In this document: positions 18,254 to 28,727 of the stretch, piece by piece
How the letters are laid out: each line of letters begins with the position of its first letter
How positions within the stretch are numbered: the stretch's first letter is position 1
DNA from: an uncultured SAR86 cluster bacterium
GTDB taxonomy: Bacteria > Pseudomonadota > Gammaproteobacteria > Magnimaribacterales > D2472
DNA length: 64,000 bases
Direction of reading: 5' to 3'
Assembly (NCBI GenBank): GCA_963926355.1
Contig: CAWUWW010000004.1
Span: 18,965 to 82,964 of the forward strand
The notes under the pieces: generated by a model
Told to the model about the DNA's origin: nothing
Databases searched by the model: none
The model's input: the letters and a program-made list of their open reading frames with translations, nothing else
Position numbers and translations under genes: made by a program

Positions 18254-20881
18254 ATGAGAAGAATAAATATGAAATCAAAGTTCCAGATTCTAAAAGTTGC
18301 GATTAGCTTGATACTAATAGCCCCTTTAACAATGGCGCAAGAGATTGAAGAGGTTGTGGTAAGCGGATCTTTTATCCCAGATCAAAAAAGAGATACATCA
18401 GAAATATCAGCAATACTTGATTCTTCAGAGATAGAAAGAACAGGTGATGATAATATCGCAATAGCTCTAACAAGGCTGACTGGCTTAAGCCTTGTTAGAG
18501 GAAAGTACGTCTATGTAAGAGGTCTTGGTGAAAGATACTCAGCAGCAACCTTAAATGGATCTAATCTACCTAGCCCAGAGCCTCTAAAAAGGGTTGTACC
18601 TTTGGATTTATTTCCCACTCAAATGATTCAATCAGCAGTAATACAAAAAACATATTCAGCTGACATGCCTGCAGAGTTTGGTGGAGGTGTTATTGAGATT
18701 GAAACAAAAAGTATTCCTACTGAAAGAATCTTAGATATATCATTTTCTTCTGCATTAAATGATGTAACTAATTTAAAAGATGGCCTTCTTTATGATGGCG
18801 GAGGACATGATGACCTTGGTTATGATGATGGCACTAGAGATATTCCTAATTTTGTACAATCTGCTATTAATAATGGCTTAAAACTTGATAGGTCCAATTT
18901 TCAGACTTATGAATTATCTAATGCGGGTAGAGAGTTCGAGAACTCTAAACTATGGGTTATTCAAGAGGGTGAAATACCTTTAGATTCATCGTTTAATATT
19001 ACTTATGGAGATGAGTTTGATATAGGTATTGATGAAATTCTTGGAGATGACAGCGCAACCTTTGGTTTTATGGCAACTGCTGGAATGAGAAGTTCTTGGG
19101 ATGCTCAAGAGGGTATTCGTCAAACCGGAACACTTCAGGCCCAAGGGGATGGAACTTCTAATATTATTATTTCAAATAATAAAACATTTAGAAGTACCTC
19201 TAATGACGTAACATCTTATTTAATGTCAGTATTGGGTGTAGAGGCAGATACATATGAGATTAAATATACGGGTATGTTTATTCACAAAGGATCAAAAAAA
19301 GCTAGAGTTCTCCAAGGCTATGACTCAAGTGATTCAGGCAATGTCAGAGAAGACTTTACAGAATTTTTTGAAAGAGAGCTAACCAATCATCAAATTAATT
19401 ATTCATACCAATTCATAAATGACTATGAGCTAGATATTAGATTAACTTCTGGCGAAGCCTCAAGAAATGCTCCTTATGAAAGAGCGGTATTTTATGAAGA
19501 TACTGATGATAGAGGTTTTTGGAGATATGACGTTAACACTGGAAGAAACCAAACTCAGTTTAGTTATGTTAAAGATACTAACGAAAATATAGGCTTTGAT
19601 TTAACAGCTCCTTTGAATATCGATGGTACTGAAATTATTGTTAAAATTGGCTCAGATTATACGGAAAATAATAGAGAGGCTGAGGTGCGAAGCTTTAGAT
19701 TTCTAGCTGAAGGAGGTCCTATTCCCTTGGATGGGCTTGATAATAGGGTTGATTATTTATTTGAGGATAAGAACTTTGATCCTTCTAGATTAATTCTTAT
19801 AGAGAATACTGCTGCATCCTCACCGGCTGGGTACCAAGGTTTGCTAGAATCTAATGCTGCATACCTAAGTGTTGACGCATATCTAAATGAAAACTTTAGA
19901 TTAACTGCCGGCGTTAGGTCTGAGAGTGGGCTGCAGGAGGTTAATACCTATGATGTATTTAAACCTGTTGATCTTAATATAGAGAAAACAATTGATAAAA
20001 ACTATACATTACCTTCATTTACACTCACATATCTTCCAGACTTTGATGAAAATCTTCAAGTAAGATTAGGATTATCTAAAACAATTGCAAGACCTACATT
20101 TAGAGAACTGTCCCCAACATTATTTATTGATGTTGATACTGACAGGGTTATTGCAGGCTCCTTATATTTAGAAAATTCAGAGTTAGATAATATTGATTTA
20201 AGAGTCGAATACTACTGGGGATTTAATCAATTCTTAACAGCTGGGTTCTTTTATAAAGATATATCGAAGCCAATTGAAGAAGTGGTTAATGAGTCAGGTG
20301 ATTTAATCGTTACTTCATATCAAAATGTTCCGGGCGCTGAGCTTACAGGTTTTGAAATTGAGTATGAAAAAATATTCGAAGATCTATTGCCAGAATCTCG
20401 TTGGACTCAAAGTAAAGAATTCATGTTTAAAATTAACATTACATCAACTGAGTCGGAAGTGGTATATGGCATAAATGATACTTATACAAATAGTCAAGGG
20501 CGTGCAGTAAGTGCTTCTTCATTATTTACCAATGGAAGAGATACAAGGCTTCAGGGTCAGTCTGACATAATCAGTAACTTACAAGTTGGGTGGGATGATC
20601 TCCAAACTGGTTCTCAGGGAACTCTTATTATTAACTATGTTAGTGATAGGGTGAGGGCCAGAGGTATTGATGTCCTTCCTGATGTAATTGAAGAACCTCC
20701 ATTGCTTGTAGATTTTGTTTACTCTAAGGAAATTCCATATGACTTCGCAATACTCAAACTTTCAGTTGAATTAAGGAACTTATTGGACGAAGGGTATTTT
20801 GCATCTATGGCATCATCTGTAATATATGATCAATATAAATTAGGAAGATCCGCATCATTTGGTTTTAAATTTAGCTTCTAA
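18254..20881 (+). CDS. TonB-dependent outer-membrane receptor
   Basis: GGAG 6-7 nt before ATG 18254 (the ORF track starts at TTG 18242). Signal peptide, TonB box EEVVVSGSF, plug motif VRGLGERYSAATLNG, C-terminal beta-barrel ending FGFKFSF. Confidence 0.9.
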   Translation: MRRINMKSKFQILKVAISLILIAPLTMAQEIEEVVVSGSFIPDQKRDTSEISAILDSSEIERTGDDNIAIALTRLTGLSLVRGKYVYVRGLGERYSAATLNGSNLPSPEPLKRVVPLDLFPTQMIQSAVIQKTYSADMPAEFGGGVIEIETKSIPTERILDISFSSALNDVTNLKDGLLYDGGGHDDLGYDDGTRDIPNFVQSAINNGLKLDRSNFQTYELSNAGREFENSKLWVIQEGEIPLDSSFNITYGDEFDIGIDEILGDDSATFGFMATAGMRSSWDAQEGIRQTGTLQAQGDGTSNIIISNNKTFRSTSNDVTSYLMSVLGVEADTYEIKYTGMFIHKGSKKARVLQGYDSSDSGNVREDFTEFFERELTNHQINYSYQFINDYELDIRLTSGEASRNAPYERAVFYEDTDDRGFWRYDVNTGRNQTQFSYVKDTNENIGFDLTAPLNIDGTEIIVKIGSDYTENNREAEVRSFRFLAEGGPIPLDGLDNRVDYLFEDKNFDPSRLILIENTAASSPAGYQGLLESNAAYLSVDAYLNENFRLTAGVRSESGLQEVNTYDVFKPVDLNIEKTIDKNYTLPSFTLTYLPDFDENLQVRLGLSKTIARPTFRELSPTLFIDVDTDRVIAGSLYLENSELDNIDLRVEYYWGFNQFLTAGFFYKDISKPIEEVVNESGDLIVTSYQNVPGAELTGFEIEYEKIFEDLLPESRWTQSKEFMFKINITSTESEVVYGINDTYTNSQGRAVSASSLFTNGRDTRLQGQSDIISNLQVGWDDLQTGSQGTLIINYVSDRVRARGIDVLPDVIEEPPLLVDFVYSKEIPYDFAILKLSVELRNLLDEGYFASMASSVIYDQYKLGRSASFGFKFSF

Positions 20882-20938
20882 GATGACTAAATTTTAATCT
20901 TCCATTTGTCAAAACTTGAGATACAAGATAAATTAATA

Positions 20939-20968
20939 ATATGAGCTACAATGTAGCTCATATTTTTT
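20939..20968 (+). terminator. rho-independent terminator after the TonB receptor gene
   Basis: ATATGAGCTAC, loop AAT, GTAGCTCATAT (11-bp perfect stem), then a T-run that runs directly into the gspC ATG. Confidence 0.75.
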
Positions 20969-21370
20969 ATGTTAAATTTTAAGAATACAAAGAAATTTCT
21001 ATTGATGCTTGTAATTACGCCATCAGTTTTTTTATTAATTCTATCTAGTTATTCGATTATAAATAAACCAGATATTAAAAAAATTAATCCTATTGATTTA
21101 AAGGATATAGATATGCTGAGTTCTTTTAGCGAGGATTCTAAAGTTTACTCTGACACCGCAGTCACAGAGGATTTTAACTATAAACTTATTGGCATTAGAG
21201 CAGGAGAGACTGACTCATCAGTGATAGTCAAGAAGGGCAATAAAGAGTATGTGGTCGCTCTAGGTGAGAGACTTGAAGAGATATACGAACTTATAGAAGT
21301 TACTCAAAATGAAGCAGTGTTTCGAAATGGTAAAAATGTGTATAAAATTAATAATATTATAGGTAAATAA
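20969..21370 (+). CDS. gspC: type II secretion protein C-like (TM + HR domain only, no PDZ)
   Basis: N-terminal TM, then an HR/PilP-like segment (YKLIGIRAGETDSSVIVKKGNKEYVVALGERLEEIYELIEV). Sits immediately 5-prime of gspD. Confidence 0.6.
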   Translation: MLNFKNTKKFLLMLVITPSVFLLILSSYSIINKPDIKKINPIDLKDIDMLSSFSEDSKVYSDTAVTEDFNYKLIGIRAGETDSSVIVKKGNKEYVVALGERLEEIYELIEVTQNEAVFRNGKNVYKINNIIGK

Positions 21371-21371
21371 T

Positions 21372-23222
21372 ATGAAATCTTTAGGCCATAAAATATTAAC
21401 GTTAATTTTTTTAGCAACGGTTAACTTTTCACTTGCACAGGATTCATTTATCTTAAATTATGAAGATGTTGATATTAAGAAAGTTACTCAAGATATTGCA
21501 CAATTCTCTAAGAAAACAATTATTTTAGATCCTAGGGTTAAAGGAAAAATTACTATCTATTCGAATGCTAATCTTAATAGACTTCAAGTTTGGGATGTTT
21601 ATCTAAGAACAATTCAAGTTAATGGCTTTAGTGCAATATCTGAAAGTGGTTTTGTAAGAATTGTTCCTGAGAATGAGGCTACAAGAGATTTAAATATTAC
21701 CTCTTTAGCATCTGGCGATTTTCAAACTACTGTTATACCTTTGATAAATAGATCAACAGAAGAAGTTCTTCCCATGATCAAGCCTATTACTGGAAGACAG
21801 TCACACCTTTCAAGCATACCTTCAATAAACTCAATTCTCCTGGTTGATAGGGCTAGCAATGTTAAAAGAATAAAAAATCTCATAGATGATTTAGACAAAA
21901 ATAACTCAGCAAAAATTTCAATTATTAAGCTAAAAAATCTGTCATCTGTAGAGGCTGTAAGGATTTTGGACAAACTGAAGGCTCAAAATAATCCAACTAT
22001 TAATAAATTTATAGCTATTCCTTTTAGCCCATCAAACTCAGTTATCGTGTCGGCTAATGAATTTATTACTTCTAATATCAAATCTACTCTTGAATCCTTA
22101 GATCAGGATATTACGTCTAATGACTCTATTGATGTTGTTTATCTTAAGTACGCGAAGGCAGCTGATGTTGCTGCTATATTAAGCTCTATCTCATCAGGGT
22201 TTGTTCCCGATTCAGATGGAGTCAAAACTGTAATAGCTCATCATGAAAAAACTAATTCATTGATTATCTCATCGGCTGAAGCTAATCAATCAACAATAAG
22301 AAATATTATATCTAAACTTGATATTAGACGTGCACAAGTTCTCGTAGAGGCTATTATCGTTGAGCTTTCTGAAACAGCAGCGAAGAATCTTGGTATTGAG
22401 ACTGTATTCACAGGATCCGACAATAATGGTGTTCCTATAGGAATTACAAGATTCAACGGAGCTGGGCCTGATCTATTAGCAACTCTAGGAGCGGTATCGG
22501 ATGAGACAAATATATCTCTATCAACAACAGCAACATCAGCGCTATTAAATACTCAGGGTTTAGTTGCAGCTTTTGGTGATTTAACTGGAGCCGATAATTT
22601 TGTTGGTATTATTAATGCCATAGCCCAGGATACAAATTCTAATATTCTATCAACACCATCTTTGCTTGCCATGGATAATGAGCTAGCAACTTCTATTATC
22701 GGCCAAGAAATTCCTATAACGACAGGAGAGAGCTTGGGTAGTAGTAATGCTAACCCTTTCAGAACTACTTCAAGGCAAGAGGTTGGTATTAAATTAGAAG
22801 TAACCCCTCAGATTAATGAGGGTAGCTCTGTTGTTCTTAAGATTAAAATTGAAGTATCAGGTGTTGCCGGTGTAATGACTAGCGGAATAGACTTGATCAC
22901 AAATAAAAGAGCAATAGAAACTACAGCTCTTGTGGATAATAATCAGATAATAGTTTTAGGCGGATTGGTTGACGAGGATACCCAAGAAACAGTATCAAAG
23001 GTACCTATTCTTGGTTCTATTCCATTGCTAGGAAGGTTATTTCAGTCCTCATCATCAACTGTAGTTCAAAGAAATCTTATGGTTTTTTTAAAACCAACTA
23101 TATTGATTGACTCAGATGCATCTATTACTTTGTCAGAGGATAAATATAACTATATTAAAGCTCGACAAATGTTAACAGGAGAGTCAACTCAGCCAATAGA
23201 TTTAACAAAATCTAAAGACTAG
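21372..23222 (+). CDS. gspD: type II secretion secretin
   Basis: Signal peptide, N0-N3 repeats and a secretin core (RAQVLVEAIIVELS, ILSTPSLLAMDNE, VPILGSIPLLGRLF). Confidence 0.92.
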   Translation: MKSLGHKILTLIFLATVNFSLAQDSFILNYEDVDIKKVTQDIAQFSKKTIILDPRVKGKITIYSNANLNRLQVWDVYLRTIQVNGFSAISESGFVRIVPENEATRDLNITSLASGDFQTTVIPLINRSTEEVLPMIKPITGRQSHLSSIPSINSILLVDRASNVKRIKNLIDDLDKNNSAKISIIKLKNLSSVEAVRILDKLKAQNNPTINKFIAIPFSPSNSVIVSANEFITSNIKSTLESLDQDITSNDSIDVVYLKYAKAADVAAILSSISSGFVPDSDGVKTVIAHHEKTNSLIISSAEANQSTIRNIISKLDIRRAQVLVEAIIVELSETAAKNLGIETVFTGSDNNGVPIGITRFNGAGPDLLATLGAVSDETNISLSTTATSALLNTQGLVAAFGDLTGADNFVGIINAIAQDTNSNILSTPSLLAMDNELATSIIGQEIPITTGESLGSSNANPFRTTSRQEVGIKLEVTPQINEGSSVVLKIKIEVSGVAGVMTSGIDLITNKRAIETTALVDNNQIIVLGGLVDEDTQETVSKVPILGSIPLLGRLFQSSSSTVVQRNLMVFLKPTILIDSDASITLSEDKYNYIKARQMLTGESTQPIDLTKSKD

Positions 23223-23229
23223 CAATACG

Positions 23230-24732
23230 ATGCCTGAAGTAGTTGATATCAAAAATATTTCTGATATTTTTCCATACGACTTTGTAAGAGAGAATGAGGT
23301 AATTGCTTCATTTGATAGCTCTTCTGGGTATGAGGTGATATCTCCAAATAAATTAACATCAGATCTATATCACGAAATTCAAAGATACCTTAAATCAAAT
23401 TTTACTTTTATTCTTTGTAATTCAGATGATTTTAATGAACTTCTTACTAATAGTTTTTCTATTGATAGCGGTTCATCTAATATCTCAGAAGAGCTATCAG
23501 ATGAATTTGATCTTCAAACATTTGCTGGAAGTATAGCTGCTACAGAAGATCTTTTAAGTGGCAGTAATGACACGCCAATAATAAAATTAATTAATGGAAT
23601 TATTAGTCAGGCTATAAAAAGCAGAGCATCAGACATCCATTTTGAACCTTATGAAAAAAAATTAGTAGTTAGATTTCGAGTTGATGGAATTTTAAAAGAG
23701 ATTTTGAGTCAAGATAGTAAGATTTCTTCAGTCCTTATCTCTAGAATAAAAATTATATCAGGGTTAGATATTTCTGAAAGACGACTCCCTCAAGACGGAA
23801 GAGTCTCGCTATCATTAGGAGATAAAAGTATTGATGTCAGGGTTTCAACCCTTCCTTCATCTTACGGAGAAAGGGTTGTTTTAAGACTTCTCGATAAACA
23901 ATCAGCTCAGATAAATATAGAAGACCTGGGCTTACCTTCAAAAATATTATCTAATTACAAGTCATCTCTAAAAAATCCAGAAGGCATAATACTTTTTACA
24001 GGTCCGACTGGTTCTGGAAAAACAACTACACTTTACGCAGGTCTAAGATTCTTAAGTGACTCTTCTCAAAATATCCTCACTGTAGAGGATCCTATTGAAT
24101 ATACTCTAAATGGAATAGGGCAAACTCAAGTAAATACTAAAACTGGTTATACTTTTGCAAAAGGCCTTAGGGCTATTTTGAGACAAGATCCAGATGTAGT
24201 TATGGTCGGTGAAATGAGAGATGTGGAAACAGCACAGATTGGTATTCAGGCAAGTTTAACTGGCCATTTAGTTCTTTCTACAGTTCATACCAATAGCGCC
24301 ATAGCGGCTATTACAAGGCTTAGAGATATGGGAATTGAATCCTTTCTTCTTGCTTCAAGTCTTCGTACGATTATTTCACAAAGGTTAGTTAGAAGACTCT
24401 GTAAGGGGTGTAAATATGAAGAAGTTGCTTCTAGCCAAGCAGTTAATTTATTTAATTTAGATCCCGGTATTGGAATATGGAATTCAAAAGGTTGTAATGA
24501 GTGCTCAAATACTGGGTACCAGGGAAGAATTGCAATAGCTGAATGTATTCAGGTCGATAAAAAATTAAAAGAAATGATCCACAATCATGAATCTGAAAAT
24601 GTTATCTCAGAGTATGTCTTTAAAGATAACCAATCAATAGACCAAGCATCTAGAGACCTTTTAATATCAGGTATTACATCTTGCGATGAGCTAATTAGGG
24701 TTGGAAACCTCCAGGAAGATGTCGGCATATAG
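23230..24732 (+). CDS. gspE: type II secretion ATPase
   Basis: Walker A GPTGSGKTTT, Asp/His boxes, tetracysteine CKGC...CNEC, and SDIHFEP. Confidence 0.93.
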   Translation: MPEVVDIKNISDIFPYDFVRENEVIASFDSSSGYEVISPNKLTSDLYHEIQRYLKSNFTFILCNSDDFNELLTNSFSIDSGSSNISEELSDEFDLQTFAGSIAATEDLLSGSNDTPIIKLINGIISQAIKSRASDIHFEPYEKKLVVRFRVDGILKEILSQDSKISSVLISRIKIISGLDISERRLPQDGRVSLSLGDKSIDVRVSTLPSSYGERVVLRLLDKQSAQINIEDLGLPSKILSNYKSSLKNPEGIILFTGPTGSGKTTTLYAGLRFLSDSSQNILTVEDPIEYTLNGIGQTQVNTKTGYTFAKGLRAILRQDPDVVMVGEMRDVETAQIGIQASLTGHLVLSTVHTNSAIAAITRLRDMGIESFLLASSLRTIISQRLVRRLCKGCKYEEVASSQAVNLFNLDPGIGIWNSKGCNECSNTGYQGRIAIAECIQVDKKLKEMIHNHESENVISEYVFKDNQSIDQASRDLLISGITSCDELIRVGNLQEDVGI

Positions 24733-25915
24733 TTACATAGCGATAGACATAACTGGCATCAAAAAAAAAGGGGTCTTAAGTGCTCAATCAGAAAGAGAAG
24801 CTAGAAAATTAATTAAAGACCTTAATTTAACTCCCATATCTGTTCAAGAAACAAAGGGGAACCTTTCCTATCTTTCAAAGGTTAAAAATAAAGATATTGT
24901 AATAATGACTAGGCAGTTAGCAACCTTGCTAGAAGCAAATACATCTATTATGGATGCCATAAAAATAACCGCAGATCAGTCTAGTAACAAGAACTTAGTT
25001 CATATTCTCTACAATCTAAGAGAGGATATTATTCAAGGAAAGCGACTTGGACTATCTATGAAAAAGTATCCAGGAGTTTTTTCAGATACCTATACGTCTT
25101 TAGTTTCAGCGGGTGATTCATCTGGTAACTTGGATGTAATTTTTGATAAATTAGCAGACTACTTAGAGGAAAGTGCGTCTATAAGGCAGAAGGTTGTATC
25201 AGCCTTGGCATATCCATTTATCTTAATTGGTTTCTCAGTAATTGTTATTATAGCTCTTCTAGCTTTTGTTCTTCCTCAGGTCATTGGCCAGTTCATTAAA
25301 GCAGGCGCTGAACTTCCTTTCATTACAAAAGCTCTCCTAGCTCTTTCTAATAATATAATGATAATTATAGCTATTCTTTTATTTATATTTTTTGGTCTTT
25401 CTTATCTCTATAAGCAATTCATTAAAGACCCAGAAAAGCATATTATTGCTCACAGTAAAATTCTTTCATTGCCTCTTATGGGTAATTTTATTCTTACATC
25501 TGAAATAGAAAGATTTTCTAGTACTATGGCATTACTTCTTGAGTCAGGTACAAATCTAGATATTGCTCTAGAAGAGTCATCAAGAATATTTAATAACAGA
25601 TATCTATCAAAGTTAATTCTAGATGCTAAAAGTGATGTTATGGAAGGGAAGGACTTTATATACACTTTGAATCAAGCTAATATTTTTCCAGATATATTTA
25701 TCCAGCTCATCTCAAGCGGCTATAAGTCTGGAAATCTAATAAAAATGTTCCATAAGGTATCTCATTTTTTAAAAAATGAAATTGAATCAAAACGATCTGT
25801 ATTCTTGGCTCTTTTAGAGCCCTTGGTTATTGTTTTTATGGGTGGTTTTATTATGCTCATTGTTCTGGCTATACTTATACCTATAATGCAGATGAATACA
25901 TTATCTTTAGGATAA
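24719..25915 (+). CDS. gspF: type II secretion inner-membrane platform protein
   Basis: N-terminus MSAYSYIAIDITGIKKKG matches the GspF/EpsF start. Two GspF repeats and 3 TM. The ORF-track start at 24701 is an upstream TTG. Confidence 0.9.
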   Translation: MSAYSYIAIDITGIKKKGVLSAQSEREARKLIKDLNLTPISVQETKGNLSYLSKVKNKDIVIMTRQLATLLEANTSIMDAIKITADQSSNKNLVHILYNLREDIIQGKRLGLSMKKYPGVFSDTYTSLVSAGDSSGNLDVIFDKLADYLEESASIRQKVVSALAYPFILIGFSVIVIIALLAFVLPQVIGQFIKAGAELPFITKALLALSNNIMIIIAILLFIFFGLSYLYKQFIKDPEKHIIAHSKILSLPLMGNFILTSEIERFSSTMALLLESGTNLDIALEESSRIFNNRYLSKLILDAKSDVMEGKDFIYTLNQANIFPDIFIQLISSGYKSGNLIKMFHKVSHFLKNEIESKRSVFLALLEPLVIVFMGGFIMLIVLAILIPIMQMNTLSLG

Positions 25916-25918
25916 ATT

Positions 25919-26347
25919 ATGAATAAATATAAGAAAGGTTTTACTCTAATAGAACTCATGGCGGTTTTAGTCATACTGGGCATACTAGCAACTATTGTTG
26001 TTGTTAATGTGGCGCCTGTATTCCAAAGAGCTAATTTAGAAAAAATAAAAGCAGACATGGCCCAGACAGGTAAAGCCTTAGAGATTTATAAATTTAATGA
26101 ACTCTCCTACCCTTTAACTTCTGAGGGATTAGATGCTCTAATAACAGCTCATTCAGGACTAAAAAATCCTTTCTTATTCCCTGAAGATGGCTACATCTCT
26201 TCATTGCCGTTGGATCCTTGGGGTAGGGAATATATTTATGAATATCCCCCAAGAAAATCTAAAAAATTTGATTTATACACTCTTGGTGCCGATGGCATGG
26301 AGGGTGGATCAGGTGAGGACACAGATATTGGCAACTGGATGCAATAA
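25919..26347 (+). CDS. gspG: major pseudopilin
   Basis: Prepilin leader MNKYKKG-FTLIELMAVLVILGILA. C-terminal LDPWGREY..YTLGADG. Confidence 0.92.
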   Translation: MNKYKKGFTLIELMAVLVILGILATIVVVNVAPVFQRANLEKIKADMAQTGKALEIYKFNELSYPLTSEGLDALITAHSGLKNPFLFPEDGYISSLPLDPWGREYIYEYPPRKSKKFDLYTLGADGMEGGSGEDTDIGNWMQ

Positions 26348-26831
26348 ACCTTCAAAAGGATTTACTCTGATAGAGGTTCTGGTTGTTCTGGTAGTAATAG
26401 GTATTGCAACTTCTCTCGTGGTTTTAAATTTTAGTGCAGTTACTTCAACATCAAAACAGAGCGCATCATTTACCCAAACATTTAACCATCTCACAGAAGA
26501 GAGCATTATTACTGGAAATATTATTGGCTGGCATGCCAATAATAGAGATGACTTTTCTTATTATTTAGATATTAATAACAAGCTATCTAATAAATTAGAT
26601 GACCCTCATCCATCTCACTGGAATGAACTCTCTAATTACAGAAAAACATTTAAATCATTTGATGGTTCTTTTTTAGAGCTTGATGAAGACTCCCTGGACA
26701 CGCCCTTATTAATATTTTATCCATCAGGAGAAAACTCTGGAGGAGTTATAAATATATATTTTAATGAATATGCGCAAGAAATTACAATAAACTCCAATGG
26801 AAAAGTCCAAATTGAAATTATTAGCTACTAA
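26328..26831 (+). CDS. gspH: minor pseudopilin GspH (start uncertain: TTG 26328 or ATG 26292)
   Basis: Prepilin motif KG-FTLIEVLVVLVVIGIA. No ATG lies close to the leader. The ORF stays open back to 26187, overlapping gspG. Confidence 0.75.
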   Translation: MATGCNKPSKGFTLIEVLVVLVVIGIATSLVVLNFSAVTSTSKQSASFTQTFNHLTEESIITGNIIGWHANNRDDFSYYLDINNKLSNKLDDPHPSHWNELSNYRKTFKSFDGSFLELDEDSLDTPLLIFYPSGENSGGVINIYFNEYAQEITINSNGKVQIEIISY

Positions 26832-27186
26832 AAATAAAGGCTTTAGCCTTATAGAGGTTGTTGTTGCCCTTGTTATTTTAAGTACATCTGTTGTGGCTAT
26901 ATACAATCTAATTCTATCTACAAGTGGGTCTATTTATAAGCTTGAGGATCACTATCTCTCTAAAGAAGTGGCTAACAATAGAATTGCTCTTATTCACACC
27001 TTAGAAAAGCCTAACCAGCCAGGCTTGAGGAGTGGCTCTATGGATATGGGAGGAAAGACATGGATATGGGAAGAGTCTTTCAATGATGGTATTACAAAAG
27101 ATTTTCTAGAGTATCAAATTCTTATTAAAGCTAAAGACTCCAAGGACTATGTATATAAAATTAATGGATACATAGTAAATGAATAA
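26797..27186 (+). CDS. gspI: minor pseudopilin GspI
   Basis: Motif KG-FSLIEVVVALVILS, with size and position typical of GspI. Confidence 0.8.
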   Translation: MEKSKLKLLATKNKGFSLIEVVVALVILSTSVVAIYNLILSTSGSIYKLEDHYLSKEVANNRIALIHTLEKPNQPGLRSGSMDMGGKTWIWEESFNDGITKDFLEYQILIKAKDSKDYVYKINGYIVNE

Positions 27187-27775
27187 AAAGGGGTTCACTA
27201 TTATTGAAGTTTTAGTCTCACTGATTATTCTTTCAATTATTGCAGTTATTTCTTCGAACATACTTCAGTCCTCTTTGGATACTGAGAGGAATACCACCAA
27301 ACATCTCAACTCTATAAAGGAGCTAAACCTTTCCTCAAGTATATTAAGAAGAGATATAAGGCAGATAGTTAATATTCCATCCAGAGATTTCTTTGGAAAT
27401 ACTCTCTACGGTACATTTATTTCATACGAAAACTCTGAAGCAATAATGTTTAATACAAGAGTTAAGTCTCTTTCAAATGAAGTCTCCCCAATTAAAAGAG
27501 TCGAATATATTTTAGAAAAAGATGTGCTATTTAGAAGACAATATTACTCATCAAACCCTTACGATCAAAATGATTATGTCGAATCTGTAATGCTTGAGAG
27601 CCTTGAGAATCTAAATTTTACCTTTATGTATGAAAATAAATGGTATAGCTCTTGGCCTGTCAGTTCTATAACGGCAAGAAAGATTCCAACTTTAATAAAA
27701 CTAGAGTTCTTAATTAACAATAGAGTGTATTCATGGCTAGTTGAACCAAATATTTCATATGCAAACCAAGACTAA
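27179..27775 (+). CDS. gspJ: minor pseudopilin GspJ
   Basis: Motif MNKKG-FTIIEVLVSLIILS, about 200 aa, positioned after gspI. Confidence 0.8.
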   Translation: MNKKGFTIIEVLVSLIILSIIAVISSNILQSSLDTERNTTKHLNSIKELNLSSSILRRDIRQIVNIPSRDFFGNTLYGTFISYENSEAIMFNTRVKSLSNEVSPIKRVEYILEKDVLFRRQYYSSNPYDQNDYVESVMLESLENLNFTFMYENKWYSSWPVSSITARKIPTLIKLEFLINNRVYSWLVEPNISYANQD

Positions 27776-28727
27776 AGGCGTTGTCCTAATATCAGTCTTA
27801 TTGATTGTTCTTTTACTTTCATCTGTTGCTGTAATAATGGGAAATAATTATTTAATTTCTTTGAAAAGAGCCTCTTATCTAGAGTTTCAAACAAATTCAT
27901 TGAACTTTTTCAGAAATATTGAATCATTAGCTCTTAAGAAAATAAATCAAGAGCTGAGATTTAATAGTAATTTTCATAATAAACAGAATTCACTATTCCT
28001 AAATAATTTTACTTTTGAGACTGATAAGGGAAGGATTTTTGGTCAGATAGTTGATAGATCAAGTTGCTTTAATGTTAATGCTATGGTGCTAAAGACAGAA
28101 TCTAATTTTGTTCCAAATAAAAAATCAATCCTAGCTTTTCGGAGGCTTATGGAGCTCAGGGAAATTGATAATAGCTTAGTTGATGAGGCAATAGATCAAA
28201 TAATAGACTGGATTGATCTTGACTCAGACCCAAGAGCATACGGTTTAGAAGATTATTATTATTCCGGACCTCTCAATACACCTAAAGAATATTCTGGAAA
28301 GAGATTATTTTATTCAGTTGAAGAGTTAAAAAGCCTCCCAGCAATAAGGGCGATAGGCTGGAATATCTTTAATGATGATTTTTGCGCAATTCCTGAAAGT
28401 AAAGATTTTACACTTAATATTAATACCTTAAATTTAGAAGATTCATACCTGCTTGCTTCGTTATTTACCGACCTTCAACTCAGCGATGCAGAATATATCA
28501 TCATGAATATTCCAGAGGAGGGTGTTAGGAGTCAGGTTGAGTTATCAAAGTTATTCCCTTCCTATGAGCTTGGCCCAGCAAACGGAGTAATAAATTATTC
28601 TTCCAAGTCATTTAATTTAATTACATCCATCAGCTACGAAGATTTTAACTCAGAGTCAATTAGTAAAATCTATTACGGTAATAATAAGAATAGCTATATT
28701 ATTTCAAGAATTTATAATGGTATTTAA
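27759..28727 (+). CDS. gspK: minor pseudopilin GspK
   Basis: MQTKTKGVVLISVLLIVLLLS lacks the Glu+5 residue, as in GspK. About 320 aa. The ORF-track start at 27741 is TTG. Confidence 0.75.
   Translation: MQTKTKGVVLISVLLIVLLLSSVAVIMGNNYLISLKRASYLEFQTNSLNFFRNIESLALKKINQELRFNSNFHNKQNSLFLNNFTFETDKGRIFGQIVDRSSCFNVNAMVLKTESNFVPNKKSILAFRRLMELREIDNSLVDEAIDQIIDWIDLDSDPRAYGLEDYYYSGPLNTPKEYSGKRLFYSVEELKSLPAIRAIGWNIFNDDFCAIPESKDFTLNINTLNLEDSYLLASLFTDLQLSDAEYIIMNIPEEGVRSQVELSKLFPSYELGPANGVINYSSKSFNLITSISYEDFNSESISKIYYGNNKNSYIISRIYNGI

Noticed and set aside
26187-26347. 160-nt overlap of the gspH reading frame with gspG, considered as a programmed frameshift or fusion.
   Set aside because: gspG ends with a normal C-terminus and stop. 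gspH has its own prepilin leader, and no slippery site is evident. The simplest explanation is a fortuitously open frame with a non-ATG start.
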